Positions 1 to 9,590 of a DNA stretch of 64,000 nucleotides are shown one piece after another. The notes under the pieces were generated by a model. The model was given only the letters and a program-made list of their open reading frames with translations. It was not told the DNA's origin and did not search any database. Both the position numbers and the translations under genes were made by a program. The stretch is from a virus (lineage: Duplodnaviria > Heunggongvirae > Uroviricota > Caudoviricetes), in the IMG/VR virus record IMGVR_UViG_3300005535_000017, positions 18,331 to 82,330 of that record; one strand, 5' to 3'. Numbering within the stretch: position 1 is the stretch's first letter; each line of letters starts with the position of its first letter.

Positions 1-994
1 AACCCTCGATGCCCAGCTCCTTGGCGTGCTCGAGGGCCTTCTCCGCATTGGGGAAGTTGCAGATCTGAATCTGCTGGATGTACTGGGGCACCGATGAGGC
101 GCAGTGCTGGAGGATGATGTTGTAGCGATCGGCTACGCGGACGGTGCGAACCAAGTCTTGCCCGGCATAGAACGGAACGTCCCACCAGTAGAAGACAGGC
201 GGGTTCGAGATCTGGTCTTGTAGCGATCGTTCGGTCAGCCCTTTGGTGTACCCCGACGAGATGCGAAGGTCGTCTCTCCCTGTGACGGGGTTCACGGCGA
301 CCAGCTCGACTGCCATCATGGTGCCGTTCGGCAACTGCAACTTCTCGACGTCGGCATAGAGATGGGGGAACCGCAGGGTCCACGGCTTCGCCGTCGAGTA
401 GTCGAGAGTGCCGTCGGGCAACTCCAGCGGCTCTTCGGTGTCACTCCACGGACGAGACCGACGAGAGTAGAACCGAATGTTGCCGTAGAAGTCCTTGATG
501 ACCCACATCGCGACGCCGTCGCGCTTGAGCGTATGCAGTGCTTTTCCTGCATTGGTGAGCTCGAGTAGACGCTTGTGGTCTTCAAGCTCATTCTCGGGCT
601 TGTAGAGGCAAAAGGAGCCCGGCAGGTTGGTTAGCAGGTGGTTGACGCTCTTGTCTTCATTCCGCCGATCGATGTTGTAACCGGCATCGTATTCGTCATA
701 GCCCTCGAAGTCCCACTTCTTGCGAACGTCTCGCCGAGCTTCTGCGATCGCATCCTGGACGGTCGAGATCTCGTTCTTCTTGCCCTTGTTCTTGAGCTTG
801 CCCTGGTAGTTGGTCTCTTGCATCGCCCCATCGAGCAGGCCGTGTCGCGTGTAGACGCGATCTTCTTCGACCCAAATCTCCCAGACGTTTGGGCGATCTC
901 CTCGACCGTTGTGCTGGCGGAATTGCCGGATACGCCCGTCCCACTGGCGCTGCCGCTCGTCGAACGATAGAGATGCCCAACTCGAGTTATTCAT
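1..994 (-). CDS. ATP-dependent DNA ligase with N-terminal WGR-like domain (3' end truncated by window edge)
   Basis: Manual translation from ATG 994 (GGGGAG RBS) is open to position 1. Motif I LKRDG, SRR, motif III AVELV, IIIa FYWWDVP, motif IV ELGIEG at the edge. N-terminus WEIWVEEDRVYTRHG...GKKNE...AIAEA. Not in the ORF track. Confidence 0.85.
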   Translation of the reverse strand, partial: MNNSSWASLSFDERQRQWDGRIRQFRQHNGRGDRPNVWEIWVEEDRVYTRHGLLDGAMQETNYQGKLKNKGKKNEISTVQDAIAEARRDVRKKWDFEGYDEYDAGYNIDRRNEDKSVNHLLTNLPGSFCLYKPENELEDHKRLLELTNAGKALHTLKRDGVAMWVIKDFYGNIRFYSRRSRPWSDTEEPLELPDGTLDYSTAKPWTLRFPHLYADVEKLQLPNGTMMAVELVAVNPVTGRDDLRISSGYTKGLTERSLQDQISNPPVFYWWDVPFYAGQDLVRTVRVADRYNIILQHCASSVPQYIQQIQICNFPNAEKALEHAKELGIEG

Positions 995-1065
995 TTCATT
1001 CTCCCCAGTTAGAGACAAATTAGCTGACCGGTAGTACCTTATCTCATGACTAACAATCTTTCCAC

Positions 1066-1094
1066 TTGCTATTCGTCTAGCTGGTATCTATCCT
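1066..1094 (+). promoter_or_regulatory. Possible sigma70-like promoter TTGCTA-N17-TATCCT in AT-rich divergent intergenic region
   Basis: Sequence match with 17-nt spacer, just upstream of ATG 1104. Confidence 0.35.
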
Positions 1095-1103
1095 GTACTT
1101 GTC

Positions 1104-1427
1104 ATGATGCTGGAGAGCAAGAAGCAGCTCAACGTCAAGGTCTCAGATCGAGCCGTGGCCTTGGTCGAGAAGGCGGCCTTCTTGCTCCACAAGACGAAGT
1201 CGCAGGTAGTAGAGGAGTCCGTCCATGCGTATGCAAAAGCTCACCACATCGCAGAGCGTTACCAACTAAACATCAAGAACGGGATGTTGGTGCTCTTGCG
1301 ACTGGAAGGCGACAGCGCCGAAATTATCGAGATGGAAACGCTAAACGGTGTTGCGCCCGAGGTAATTGCGCAGAGATACTCTTCTAGGTACCACCAAGAA
1401 GTACCCCTGATCGTGGAGAAGAAGTAG
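1104..1427 (+). CDS. Ribbon-helix-helix DNA-binding protein
   Basis: KKQLNVKVSDRAVALVEKAA...KTKSQVVEESV is a CopG/Arc-like beta-alpha-alpha pattern. Confidence 0.6.
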   Translation: MMLESKKQLNVKVSDRAVALVEKAAFLLHKTKSQVVEESVHAYAKAHHIAERYQLNIKNGMLVLLRLEGDSAEIIEMETLNGVAPEVIAQRYSSRYHQEVPLIVEKK

Positions 1428-1429
1428 TC

Positions 1430-1699
1430 ATGAAGCCGCTCATCGAAGTACGAGTTGCCGACGAGGAGCTCGAGCACCTGACGCAGGGCGGGCCCGCCAA
1501 TGGGCCGCAGCTCGCCCGGTTGCTCGACGACGAGCTTGCTCGCTTCGACGCTTGGATGGCGAAGCAGCTCAACGGTCGTCTCACCCGCATGGAGAGTGCG
1601 ATCGTCAAGACGTACCTGTACCAGAAGATCGTCGGACGGGTCGACAGCCTCGACACCAAGCCGATCGACGTTCTCGATATGGCCGTGAAAACCGGCTAG
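1430..1699 (+). CDS. Hypothetical protein (89 aa)
   Basis: Coupled to the upstream gene (2-nt gap), followed by a terminator. Confidence 0.7.
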   Translation: MKPLIEVRVADEELEHLTQGGPANGPQLARLLDDELARFDAWMAKQLNGRLTRMESAIVKTYLYQKIVGRVDSLDTKPIDVLDMAVKTG

Positions 1700-1728
1700 A
1701 AGTCTGCTGAGCGCGACCTCAGCCTGAT

Positions 1729-1768
1729 AGCCCTGCACGGCCTGGAATCCGTGCAGGGCTCTTTTTTA
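1729..1768 (+). terminator. Rho-independent terminator
   Basis: 12-bp stem AGCCCTGCACGG/CCGTGCAGGGCT followed by CTTTTTTA, between convergent genes. Confidence 0.8.
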
Positions 1769-2008
1769 TCTACCGTTCTTCGGGCACCACGACTCGTGCG
1801 ACAGCTCCTTGTGTGGTGTGCAGTGCTCGCAGATTCCGAGCGCCAGCAGTATCAGCTCTCCAATCTCTGCCTTGCACTGCGCTCTTGCGCTGGCGATCTT
1901 GTCCTCGACAGTAGCTTCGTATGTCCAAGATCCGTGGAACTGCTCTGCTGCGAGAGTGCGGCCGAGCCGCTCCAGTCCCTCCCACCGCTCGTCATCACAC
2001 GCTGCCAT
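1766..2008 (-). CDS. Hypothetical protein with C-terminal Cys/His cluster
   Basis: ORF overlaps the upstream gene end; CEHC...H...WCP. Confidence 0.6.
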   Translation of the reverse strand: MAACDDERWEGLERLGRTLAAEQFHGSWTYEATVEDKIASARAQCKAEIGELILLALGICEHCTPHKELSHESWCPKNGR

Positions 2009-2459
2009 CTTCGTCTTCCTTCTTTCGTATTGTAGGAATGCTCGAGAGAAATCGCATGATCGGTGCCGCTAGTTTCGCCTGCAGCGGCTGTACGATCGAG
2101 CTTGGCATCATGATGCCAATCCCTTGCTCGAAGGCGACAGCGGCTGAAAGAACCGGATCGAGATCCTCTTCTTCCTTCTTCGTGATGTGGTAGGTCGTAT
2201 TGATCACCTTCTCCCAGCCCTCGACGTTCCATCTGGCCAAGCAGGGGTGCAGGGTAGCAATGTGCAGAACAGTTCGACTGGAGAAGGTCCCTTCACCTCT
2301 CGTCTGCTTCAGGTCCTTGACGTTGAACTCTCGGAACTTGGTGTTGGTGTACTTGACTACTTTGGAGACGGTCTTCGGATTGAGAGGAGAGAAGAGTCCT
2401 CCGAATACGATCACGACACCGTATCCCATGACGTTGAGGCAGAGGATCTCGAAAAACAT
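1995..2459 (-). CDS. Hypothetical protein (154 aa)
   Basis: Strong RBS AGGAGG upstream of ATG. Confidence 0.7.
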   Translation of the reverse strand: MFFEILCLNVMGYGVVIVFGGLFSPLNPKTVSKVVKYTNTKFREFNVKDLKQTRGEGTFSSRTVLHIATLHPCLARWNVEGWEKVINTTYHITKKEEEDLDPVLSAAVAFEQGIGIMMPSSIVQPLQAKLAAPIMRFLSSIPTIRKKEDEDGSV

Positions 2460-2552
2460 GATGTACCTCCTCTAAATTCTTATCCCACCACGACATTGCT
2501 CTTTTCCCTGCACATCCCGTAGAATCTGCGAAGGCCTGCCGCGAGGGATCCA

Positions 2553-5500
2553 GTGCTCAGCTCTTCCCAAGTCGCCGCTCTCATGCAGCAACAGCAGCAA
2601 GCCTTCATGGGCATGCAGCAATACAGTCAGGTGATCTCTGCCCAGATGCCGCAGGCGTATGGAATCGGCGCCTACGGCATGCAGCAGCCCATCGCGCCAC
2701 AGTTCGGCCAAGTGCCGTACGCGCCAATGCAGCGTCCCGGTTTCAGCTACGGGGGCGGGAACGCGTTTGGTTACGGACTCGGCAATCAGATTGGCGCGGC
2801 GTCGATGGCGGCGATGGGAGGTGCGGGGCAGTTCGCGCTTGGCGGACTCGGCATTGCCGGCGGTCTCGGTCTCATGGGCAAGGCTGGCATGCTCTTCGAC
2901 CCGATCAGCGCCGGCCAGATGGCCTACGGAGGCGCTCGAGCGCTCGGTATGGGCGGCGGGCTGGGATGGGGAGCTGGCCTCTTGGCGGGTGGAGCGGTTG
3001 CCGGCGGCATGGCCTTCGCTGGTCATGCCCTCGGTTCAATGGTGAGTGGCGCCCAGGAGCAGGCTGGCATCAACCAGACCCTCGGGCAGTTCAACTTCGG
3101 CAACTCGATGAGCCGGTCGGGACGAGGATTCACTCGTCAAGATGCGATGGCGATCGGCTCCATGGCACGTGAGCTCCAGGCCATCCCCGAGATGATGACC
3201 TCGATGTCCGAGCTCACTCGCATCATGGACCGCATGGGCCAGATGGGGATGATGCAGGGCGTCCGCGACGCCGGCGAGTTCTCCAAGAGGTTCAAGGAGA
3301 CGATCCACGTTCTAAAGGATGTCTCCAAGATGATGGGCACGACGATGGAAGAGGCCATGCAGGCCTTCCAGGAGTCGAAGCAGTCAGGGTTCTACAGCCC
3401 CGACGCCATCAAGCAGAACATCATGCAGCGTCAGATCGTTGGCGGTCTGACGGGAATGAACCAGCAGCAGGTCGCCGCACTCCAACAGTACGGAGCACAG
3501 GGCAGTATCGCGGCGGGTGGCTCTCGGGCCGGAGGGGCGCGGTCAGTCACCCGTATCGCCGGTGAGCTCGGAATGGCAAACCAGATGGGCCTGCTGTCGA
3601 ACGACAGGCTCATGGAGCTCACAGGCGAAGAGGGCGCGGGAGGCATTCAGCAGCTTGCCGGCACTCTGAACGACGTCGGCCAACGAATGGGTCGCTCGAG
3701 CCTTGGCACGGCCATGACCCTCGCACTTGGAGAGGTGCAGGGCGGTCGCTACACCGGCCGCATGGACGAGGAGCTGGTGCAGCGTGTTCGAGCCGGCAAC
3801 ATCGGCAAGGACGAACTGCTCCGCCTTGCCCACGAGAAGTCTCGAGGCCGCAACGCCAAGCTCTCGTTCGCGGCTCACCGTCAGCGCCTGACCACCGAGA
3901 TGGTCAACTCCGCCGGCGCACAGGGCGTGGCGATGGAGCTGCAGACCATCCTCGGCGAGCGCGGGTTCGACAATCCAGACGCTCTCAACCTCGTCATGCA
4001 GCGCTACGGCGTCGGCGAGCGGGAGGCGAACCAGGTCATCCAGCTCATGAAGGACATGCCGAACATTCAGCGTGGCATGGCTGAGGCTGGCACTACGGAG
4101 ACACGTCGTATCGCCGAGCAGGCCTTCATGAGGGACAACGCCTCATTCGAGGGCATCAAAAGGAAGATCGGCAAGAAGTTCGAGAACGTGATGACCGAGC
4201 CCTTCAAGCGGCTTGGCGCCAGCATCTCGAATAGCGTCGGGGAAGCAGTCGACAACTTCGTGGACGACATCTTTGGTCGCTACCAGACGAAGGTGACGGA
4301 GCTCGCCGGCAGCACTGCTCTCAAGGCCTCTATGGGCGACAAGGCCGCTCGTGGTCTCGTGGGTGCGGCGATGGGAGACGTGAACGCCAATCGTCGGCTA
4401 GGAGCGGATCTTCGCAACAACAGCCCGATCGGCGGTCTACTCAATTCGCTCAGTGGGCAGCAGACGGCTGGCGACGTTCAAGCGAGCGTTCTCCGGGCGA
4501 TGGGCGGCCAGTACTACGACACGATCCAGGGCACTGGCAACCCAGACGCAGACGCGGCCCGTATCCTCAAGGCCGGAGGCTCCATCCTGCAGAGCTCTGG
4601 CGGTGTCTTCAGCGGCGGCGAGTACACCGTTGCGACGGCCGGCGGCCGAGCCCAGGCGCAGCGTGCTCTTCTTGGGGAGAACCGGGTTGCAGGCAAGATC
4701 GACATCTCCAAGGGTGTCGGTAAGGCTGCCCTCCTCACGCTCAAGAGCCAACTGCTCGGTAACAAGGAACTGCAAAACGAAGAGCTCACCGACCAAGAGA
4801 AGCTCGAGATCATCAAGAAGGGCTTTGGCGAAGCAGGGTTTGAGCAGTTACTGCCAAAGCTGAAGAAGCAGCTCGGCACGGACAATGAAGTCGATATCCT
4901 CGACGCGCTGGCAAAGGCGGGCGGGATGGAGAACCAGATTGGCATGTTCTCCCGCCGCGGTCTCGCTGGTGGGTTGCGCGGAGCTGGTTCTGAGGCAGCG
5001 CTCTCTCGTCGCATCCGGGACGAGATCGGTACGGCGTCCAAGGGCTTCAAAGGCAAGGAAGATCTCGCCAAGAGCGTCCTCACAGAAGGTGGAGGCGTCG
5101 CCAAGATCCTCAGTGCGGCCTTCGGCGGTGGCAAGATGGCCGATCAGGTCAGGATGGCGCTGGGCGAGCGAGAGGGTTCGGCCGTCAGCAAGGAAGTCCT
5201 CGCTGCATTGGGCATGACTCAGAAGGAGTTCGACGCAGCAAGAGGACAAGGCCGGGAGCTCATGGCCGCCGGCTTGGAAGGTCACGCCTCCGGCGCCGAC
5301 ATCCAGAAGGTGCTCGGCAGCCAGCTCTCTATGGCGGTGCTTCGGAACGAGAAGCGCGAGAAGGAGATGGGTGAGGGCCTCACTGAGCGCATCAACCAGG
5401 CAAATCTCGGTGGGCTCACCGCCGGCGGGCGCGGGCTCGTCAATCAGATCGGCGGGCTTGCTGGTCGCCTCAGCCGCGGCGAGGGCTTCGGGGACAACAT

Positions 5501-5927
5501 CGGTGACATCATCTCCGGCCTCGCCGACTACAAGGGCAAGGACCGAACGAAGGTCATGGGCCTCGCTGGTGGTGAACTCCAGGCGGGCGCACAGTTCATC
5601 ACCGACACGAGGAACGCGTACCGACACTCGAAGGGCAAATCCGTCGACGACATCATCGAGCGCCTTGGTCTCACTGGCGACATCGCCGGCGAAGTCAGGA
5701 AGATGGCGGGCTCGGACAAGGTTGTTAGCTCTTCGGAAGAGAAGACAATCGAGCGGTATCTCGGCGAGACGGCGACGAGAAGCCTGGCTGCGGCGAAGGG
5801 CGGCGAGCAGAACACCGTGAACGCGGCGAACAACCTTGCCAAGGCCCTCGAGACAGTGAACAAGAACTTCGACGCCACGGCGCAGATTCTTCAGAACCTG
5901 CTCAAGCAAGGGCAGGGAGGTAAGTGA
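2553..5927 (+). CDS. Tape-measure-like protein
   Basis: 1124 aa, A/G/M-rich helical composition, Gly-rich hydrophobic stretch near the N-terminus, directly upstream of hub/baseplate genes. Confidence 0.6.
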   Translation: MLSSSQVAALMQQQQQAFMGMQQYSQVISAQMPQAYGIGAYGMQQPIAPQFGQVPYAPMQRPGFSYGGGNAFGYGLGNQIGAASMAAMGGAGQFALGGLGIAGGLGLMGKAGMLFDPISAGQMAYGGARALGMGGGLGWGAGLLAGGAVAGGMAFAGHALGSMVSGAQEQAGINQTLGQFNFGNSMSRSGRGFTRQDAMAIGSMARELQAIPEMMTSMSELTRIMDRMGQMGMMQGVRDAGEFSKRFKETIHVLKDVSKMMGTTMEEAMQAFQESKQSGFYSPDAIKQNIMQRQIVGGLTGMNQQQVAALQQYGAQGSIAAGGSRAGGARSVTRIAGELGMANQMGLLSNDRLMELTGEEGAGGIQQLAGTLNDVGQRMGRSSLGTAMTLALGEVQGGRYTGRMDEELVQRVRAGNIGKDELLRLAHEKSRGRNAKLSFAAHRQRLTTEMVNSAGAQGVAMELQTILGERGFDNPDALNLVMQRYGVGEREANQVIQLMKDMPNIQRGMAEAGTTETRRIAEQAFMRDNASFEGIKRKIGKKFENVMTEPFKRLGASISNSVGEAVDNFVDDIFGRYQTKVTELAGSTALKASMGDKAARGLVGAAMGDVNANRRLGADLRNNSPIGGLLNSLSGQQTAGDVQASVLRAMGGQYYDTIQGTGNPDADAARILKAGGSILQSSGGVFSGGEYTVATAGGRAQAQRALLGENRVAGKIDISKGVGKAALLTLKSQLLGNKELQNEELTDQEKLEIIKKGFGEAGFEQLLPKLKKQLGTDNEVDILDALAKAGGMENQIGMFSRRGLAGGLRGAGSEAALSRRIRDEIGTASKGFKGKEDLAKSVLTEGGGVAKILSAAFGGGKMADQVRMALGEREGSAVSKEVLAALGMTQKEFDAARGQGRELMAAGLEGHASGADIQKVLGSQLSMAVLRNEKREKEMGEGLTERINQANLGGLTAGGRGLVNQIGGLAGRLSRGEGFGDNIGDIISGLADYKGKDRTKVMGLAGGELQAGAQFITDTRNAYRHSKGKSVDDIIERLGLTGDIAGEVRKMAGSDKVVSSSEEKTIERYLGETATRSLAAAKGGEQNTVNAANNLAKALETVNKNFDATAQILQNLLKQGQGGK

Positions 5928-6124
5928 TGGACGACGAGCTCACAACTCTTCTTCGTCAGTCGAATCCTGACCAGCTCGACAAGCTCAATTCTCAAGGTAA
6001 AGCGATCAACCAGGCCTTGATGAATGTTGGCGTCCAGCCGGACTATACGGCGGATGTCTCCGAGATGCAGAAGAACGGCTTCGTTTGGGACGGGTATCGC
6101 TGGGTGAAGCCGGAGGGTAAGTGA
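5924..6124 (+). CDS. Hypothetical protein (66 aa)
   Basis: Start overlaps the upstream stop; operon context. Confidence 0.6.
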   Translation: MMDDELTTLLRQSNPDQLDKLNSQGKAINQALMNVGVQPDYTADVSEMQKNGFVWDGYRWVKPEGK

Positions 6125-6125
6125 T

Positions 6126-6347
6126 ATGGCAAAGATAAGGCCGAATCTCAAGAAGAACAATCGAGGTCAGGTTACGGCGAAGCTGCAACAGCTACTCACG
6201 GATCTCAACGCAAACAAGTACCGCCTTCTCATCTTTCATGCGGGTCCAGGGCAGTATGGGATTCTCATTTCTTCAAGTACGCCGAACCCCACCGCTGACC
6301 AAAACTCGCTCTCTGCGATTCTGGATTCTGTGCTCGGAGTTGGTTGA
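6126..6347 (+). CDS. Hypothetical protein (73 aa)
   Basis: Tightly packed in the operon. Confidence 0.6.
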   Translation: MAKIRPNLKKNNRGQVTAKLQQLLTDLNANKYRLLIFHAGPGQYGILISSSTPNPTADQNSLSAILDSVLGVG

Positions 6348-7957
6348 TGTCACAACTGTTCGATGTCGAGCTTCCCCTGTCGGGCGCTGGAGGGCCAACT
6401 CTTAGCGGCGGAGCTCGCTTCCTGTCGGCTGGTGGTGGACTGCCGAATAGAATCACTACCCAAGCAGACGTTCTGATCGACAACGTCATGACGACAAACT
6501 ACGGCGGAGTTATTATCGATCCGACGGAGACATTCGCTTGGATCTCCAATTGGGGCAGTGGCGCGGGAACGATTACTCAATACGCTCTCGCAAGTGGAAC
6601 ACCGGGAACGTCGTTGGCGTACCCAACGATGGGTCTCTTCCCGTTTGACAACAGTCTCTTCTACGCAGCGGACTACACAGACAACCTCATACAAGAGTTA
6701 CAGTGGGACGGCACGCTCGTCAGCTCTACGTCATTCTCGCAGGTCTCTGTCGTGGCGCGAGTTCCTGGCACGACTGGTAAGGTCTGGGGTATTCCATATC
6801 CCGGTGGTGCAGCCACAGAAGTAGCAATAGGAGGAGCTCCGACAGCTCGCACGATTGCCGGAGTTTTCTTTGGGATTTGGGCCACCACAGGTTTCATTTA
6901 CCTGTCGGATATGGTCAACATCTATAAGTATGACGAGCCGACGCTCACGCTCCAAGATACGTGGGCGGTGAGGCAGAATTCTTCTTCACGCCCTGGTGAC
7001 AGTGGGCTTGCTCAGTACGTCAATTGGTTCTTCATCGACAGCAATAACAAGCCAGTGTTGTATGAAGGCTTGCACGGCAATATCGATCGCTTCGCTTCTG
7101 TTGGTGGCACTCCGGCACCGGTCGATAAGCGGCTGGTGTATTCACAGCCACAACTCGGCGGCAGCGGGTCATTCTTTTATCCTGGCGATAACAATATTGT
7201 TTCACCTCCCATCCACTACCTAGCAAACGGTAAGTACGCAGCGTTTGCTGTTCCATGGAATAACGACGCTTCGGATTACACTCATATCAGCGTCCTATTC
7301 AAAAACCTTTTTGGGACGCAGAGAGCTCGTTGGATCTGGAACAATGCGACCGGGCAGACTGCGACGATCACCAGAATCGTTGTTCCAGGGAATCTCGCAG
7401 ATGACCGCGGCAGCACGTATGACCTGAGAAAGGCGCACTGCTTCTACTCGACCGATGGAGGAGCCACCAGAACACCGTTCATGCCGGGTGGAACGCTCAG
7501 TGTTCCCGTCATCAATGGCTCAGCTCTTACAGTCGATGTCGACATTGTGGAAGGGGACGGGCAAGCCACCAACCCGCCGTACATTGGGGGTGATGCTGGT
7601 GAGGGTGTCCATCTTGTCTTCAGTGTCCCGACGGGCGGCGCAGGTATTCCGACCACGAACTTTACGCCAGCGCCGGGAACCCCTCTCAGCCCGCAGCAGG
7701 TGGTTCAGTTCGACGTGATCGATACGACCTCACCCTTCAGAGAAGTCTTCATCGTGGCGTCGTTCGATGGCGGAACTCAGAGAGAGCTCGTCTACGATGC
7801 GGATGGCTTCAATCCTGCCCACTACGCAGGTGTTTCGAACACCAAGACAACGATCACCAATGGCTTCCGATTCACCCTTTTGCGCGACGGCGGCTGGTTT
7901 GGAGCGTTGAGCATCAAGGTGTATGCTATCGACGAAGGCGGCGGTGAAAATCCATGA
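6344..7957 (+). CDS. Putative virion structural protein (beta-rich, propeller-like N-terminus, Ig-like C-terminus)
   Basis: 537 aa, T/G/aromatic-rich beta composition in the virion module. Confidence 0.55.
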   Translation: MMSQLFDVELPLSGAGGPTLSGGARFLSAGGGLPNRITTQADVLIDNVMTTNYGGVIIDPTETFAWISNWGSGAGTITQYALASGTPGTSLAYPTMGLFPFDNSLFYAADYTDNLIQELQWDGTLVSSTSFSQVSVVARVPGTTGKVWGIPYPGGAATEVAIGGAPTARTIAGVFFGIWATTGFIYLSDMVNIYKYDEPTLTLQDTWAVRQNSSSRPGDSGLAQYVNWFFIDSNNKPVLYEGLHGNIDRFASVGGTPAPVDKRLVYSQPQLGGSGSFFYPGDNNIVSPPIHYLANGKYAAFAVPWNNDASDYTHISVLFKNLFGTQRARWIWNNATGQTATITRIVVPGNLADDRGSTYDLRKAHCFYSTDGGATRTPFMPGGTLSVPVINGSALTVDVDIVEGDGQATNPPYIGGDAGEGVHLVFSVPTGGAGIPTTNFTPAPGTPLSPQQVVQFDVIDTTSPFREVFIVASFDGGTQRELVYDADGFNPAHYAGVSNTKTTITNGFRFTLLRDGGWFGALSIKVYAIDEGGGENP

Positions 7958-8292
7958 GTACCTGGAACCAGTGGCCAATAATCGAGCCGGCGCCGCCGTC
8001 GCCGACTCCGCCAACTCCGATCCCAGCCCCGATCGGGCCGCAGCCGCCACCGCTGCCGGTCGTGCCAGCTCCACCTCCTGGCGTTCCCCGCAAGGACGTC
8101 AGGACGCGGATCATCACCAGCGACGGTACAGCGCTCGAGCTCAGAATCCTCGACGGGCTTCTCGTGGATGACGTCCTCATCCAAGGAGCGAAGGCTGAAG
8201 GCTACAGGGTCATGACGGGCAAGGACGTCTTCCCAACTACCGGCCGGGACATCAAGGACTACTTGATCCGACTCGGCTTCGTGACGGAGTAA
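7954..8292 (+). CDS. Pro-rich hypothetical protein
   Basis: ATGA coupling; PPPSPTPPTPIPAP linker followed by a globular C-terminus. Confidence 0.65.
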   Translation: MSTWNQWPIIEPAPPSPTPPTPIPAPIGPQPPPLPVVPAPPPGVPRKDVRTRIITSDGTALELRILDGLLVDDVLIQGAKAEGYRVMTGKDVFPTTGRDIKDYLIRLGFVTE

Positions 8293-8295
8293 CGG

Positions 8296-9582
8296 ATGGC
8301 GACCTTCTATCAGATGACACCCGATGCCTTCAACTCTGGCTTCCAGGGCCTCAAGAAGGATGCGAAGACGAGTGCAGCGACGGCGGATGTGACCCACGAG
8401 CCCGATGCCCGCTTCGCCAACGTTCGTCGCCCTGTTCGAGGCATCCAGATCAAGGAAGACACCTACGCCACCATCCAGGTGAGGACCGCCGACGGGCGTA
8501 GCCAGCCTCTCATCGATGCCGGCGGCAATAGAACTGGAGACGACGGGTTCAGCACAACCCAGATCTACTCCAACTTCCTAATCCAGAATCTGCAGGTGCA
8601 GTGGGTCGAGAAGAAGCAGATCGTCGAGACGTTCGGCGAGCCCTACATCTTCTTCTATGGACAGCACCCAGTCATGCTTCAAGTCTCGGGCGTCCTCCTC
8701 AATACCGAGGACTTCAACTGGCGCTCTGAGTTCATGGAGAATTACAACCTCTACCTCCGCGGCACGGCCTGCGTGCAGAACAAGACGAGAGTCTATCTGT
8801 CGTGGGACACGATCGTGACCGAGGGCTACATCCTCGAGTGCTCGACACAGGAAGTCTCCGCGGAGCGCCACTGGTTGAGTTTCTCGTTCACCATGTTCCT
8901 CACCAACTACGCGGATGTCTCGCCAATTGGCCTTTCGGATTTCCCACGCCCGGCCGAGTTCCAGCTCGATGCGACCAGCTTCGACACTTCTGGGTTCGGA
9001 ACCGGCTTCGGCGTCTCCCGCGACCTGGCCCAAGAACGCCTTGTGAACGCGGCCGTCTTCGGTTCGAACTCACTGCTGGACACGGTGAAGAGCCTCATCA
9101 CCGACGCGAGTGGCTTCTTGAGTGGGGTGGCGCAGGACACTCTCTCCCTCTTCTCGGGCCGGCAGGTCCTCGTTCCCGCAGGTCTCGCACCAGATCCGTC
9201 CGACACCCCAGAGCTCGCCTTCGGATCAGTCGGCATCGTCTCTCCGATCAATGGGCGAGTGGTAACACTGCCCCCTGGCAATGATCGATTCGCAGCGGCA
9301 GTCTACGGCCCCATCCAGAAGAATCTCGACGAGTACATCGCCCGTCTGCCTGCGTGGGGTGCCAATACGCAGCCCATCGTCTCGGACATCTTCAACGAGC
9401 AGACAGCGAGTTCGGCGGACCTCACAAACCTCATCCAATCGGCGGTCGCTGGATTCGGTATCAAGGCGCCAGCGCCCGCGGATCTTGTCACAGCCGGCAA
9501 GGATGGTAAGTTCGCAACCATCGCATCGTTCTCGCCGGATTCGACCATCACGAAAGTCAGCGGCGGCCTTCCGGGCCTGTAA
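8296..9582 (+). CDS. Putative tail/baseplate protein
   Basis: QIVETFGEPYIFFYG...VSGVLLNT...FSFTM pattern typical of tail-tube-like baseplate proteins; position after the tape measure. Confidence 0.5.
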   Translation: MATFYQMTPDAFNSGFQGLKKDAKTSAATADVTHEPDARFANVRRPVRGIQIKEDTYATIQVRTADGRSQPLIDAGGNRTGDDGFSTTQIYSNFLIQNLQVQWVEKKQIVETFGEPYIFFYGQHPVMLQVSGVLLNTEDFNWRSEFMENYNLYLRGTACVQNKTRVYLSWDTIVTEGYILECSTQEVSAERHWLSFSFTMFLTNYADVSPIGLSDFPRPAEFQLDATSFDTSGFGTGFGVSRDLAQERLVNAAVFGSNSLLDTVKSLITDASGFLSGVAQDTLSLFSGRQVLVPAGLAPDPSDTPELAFGSVGIVSPINGRVVTLPPGNDRFAAAVYGPIQKNLDEYIARLPAWGANTQPIVSDIFNEQTASSADLTNLIQSAVAGFGIKAPAPADLVTAGKDGKFATIASFSPDSTITKVSGGLPGL

Positions 9583-9590
9583 GGGGTTCC

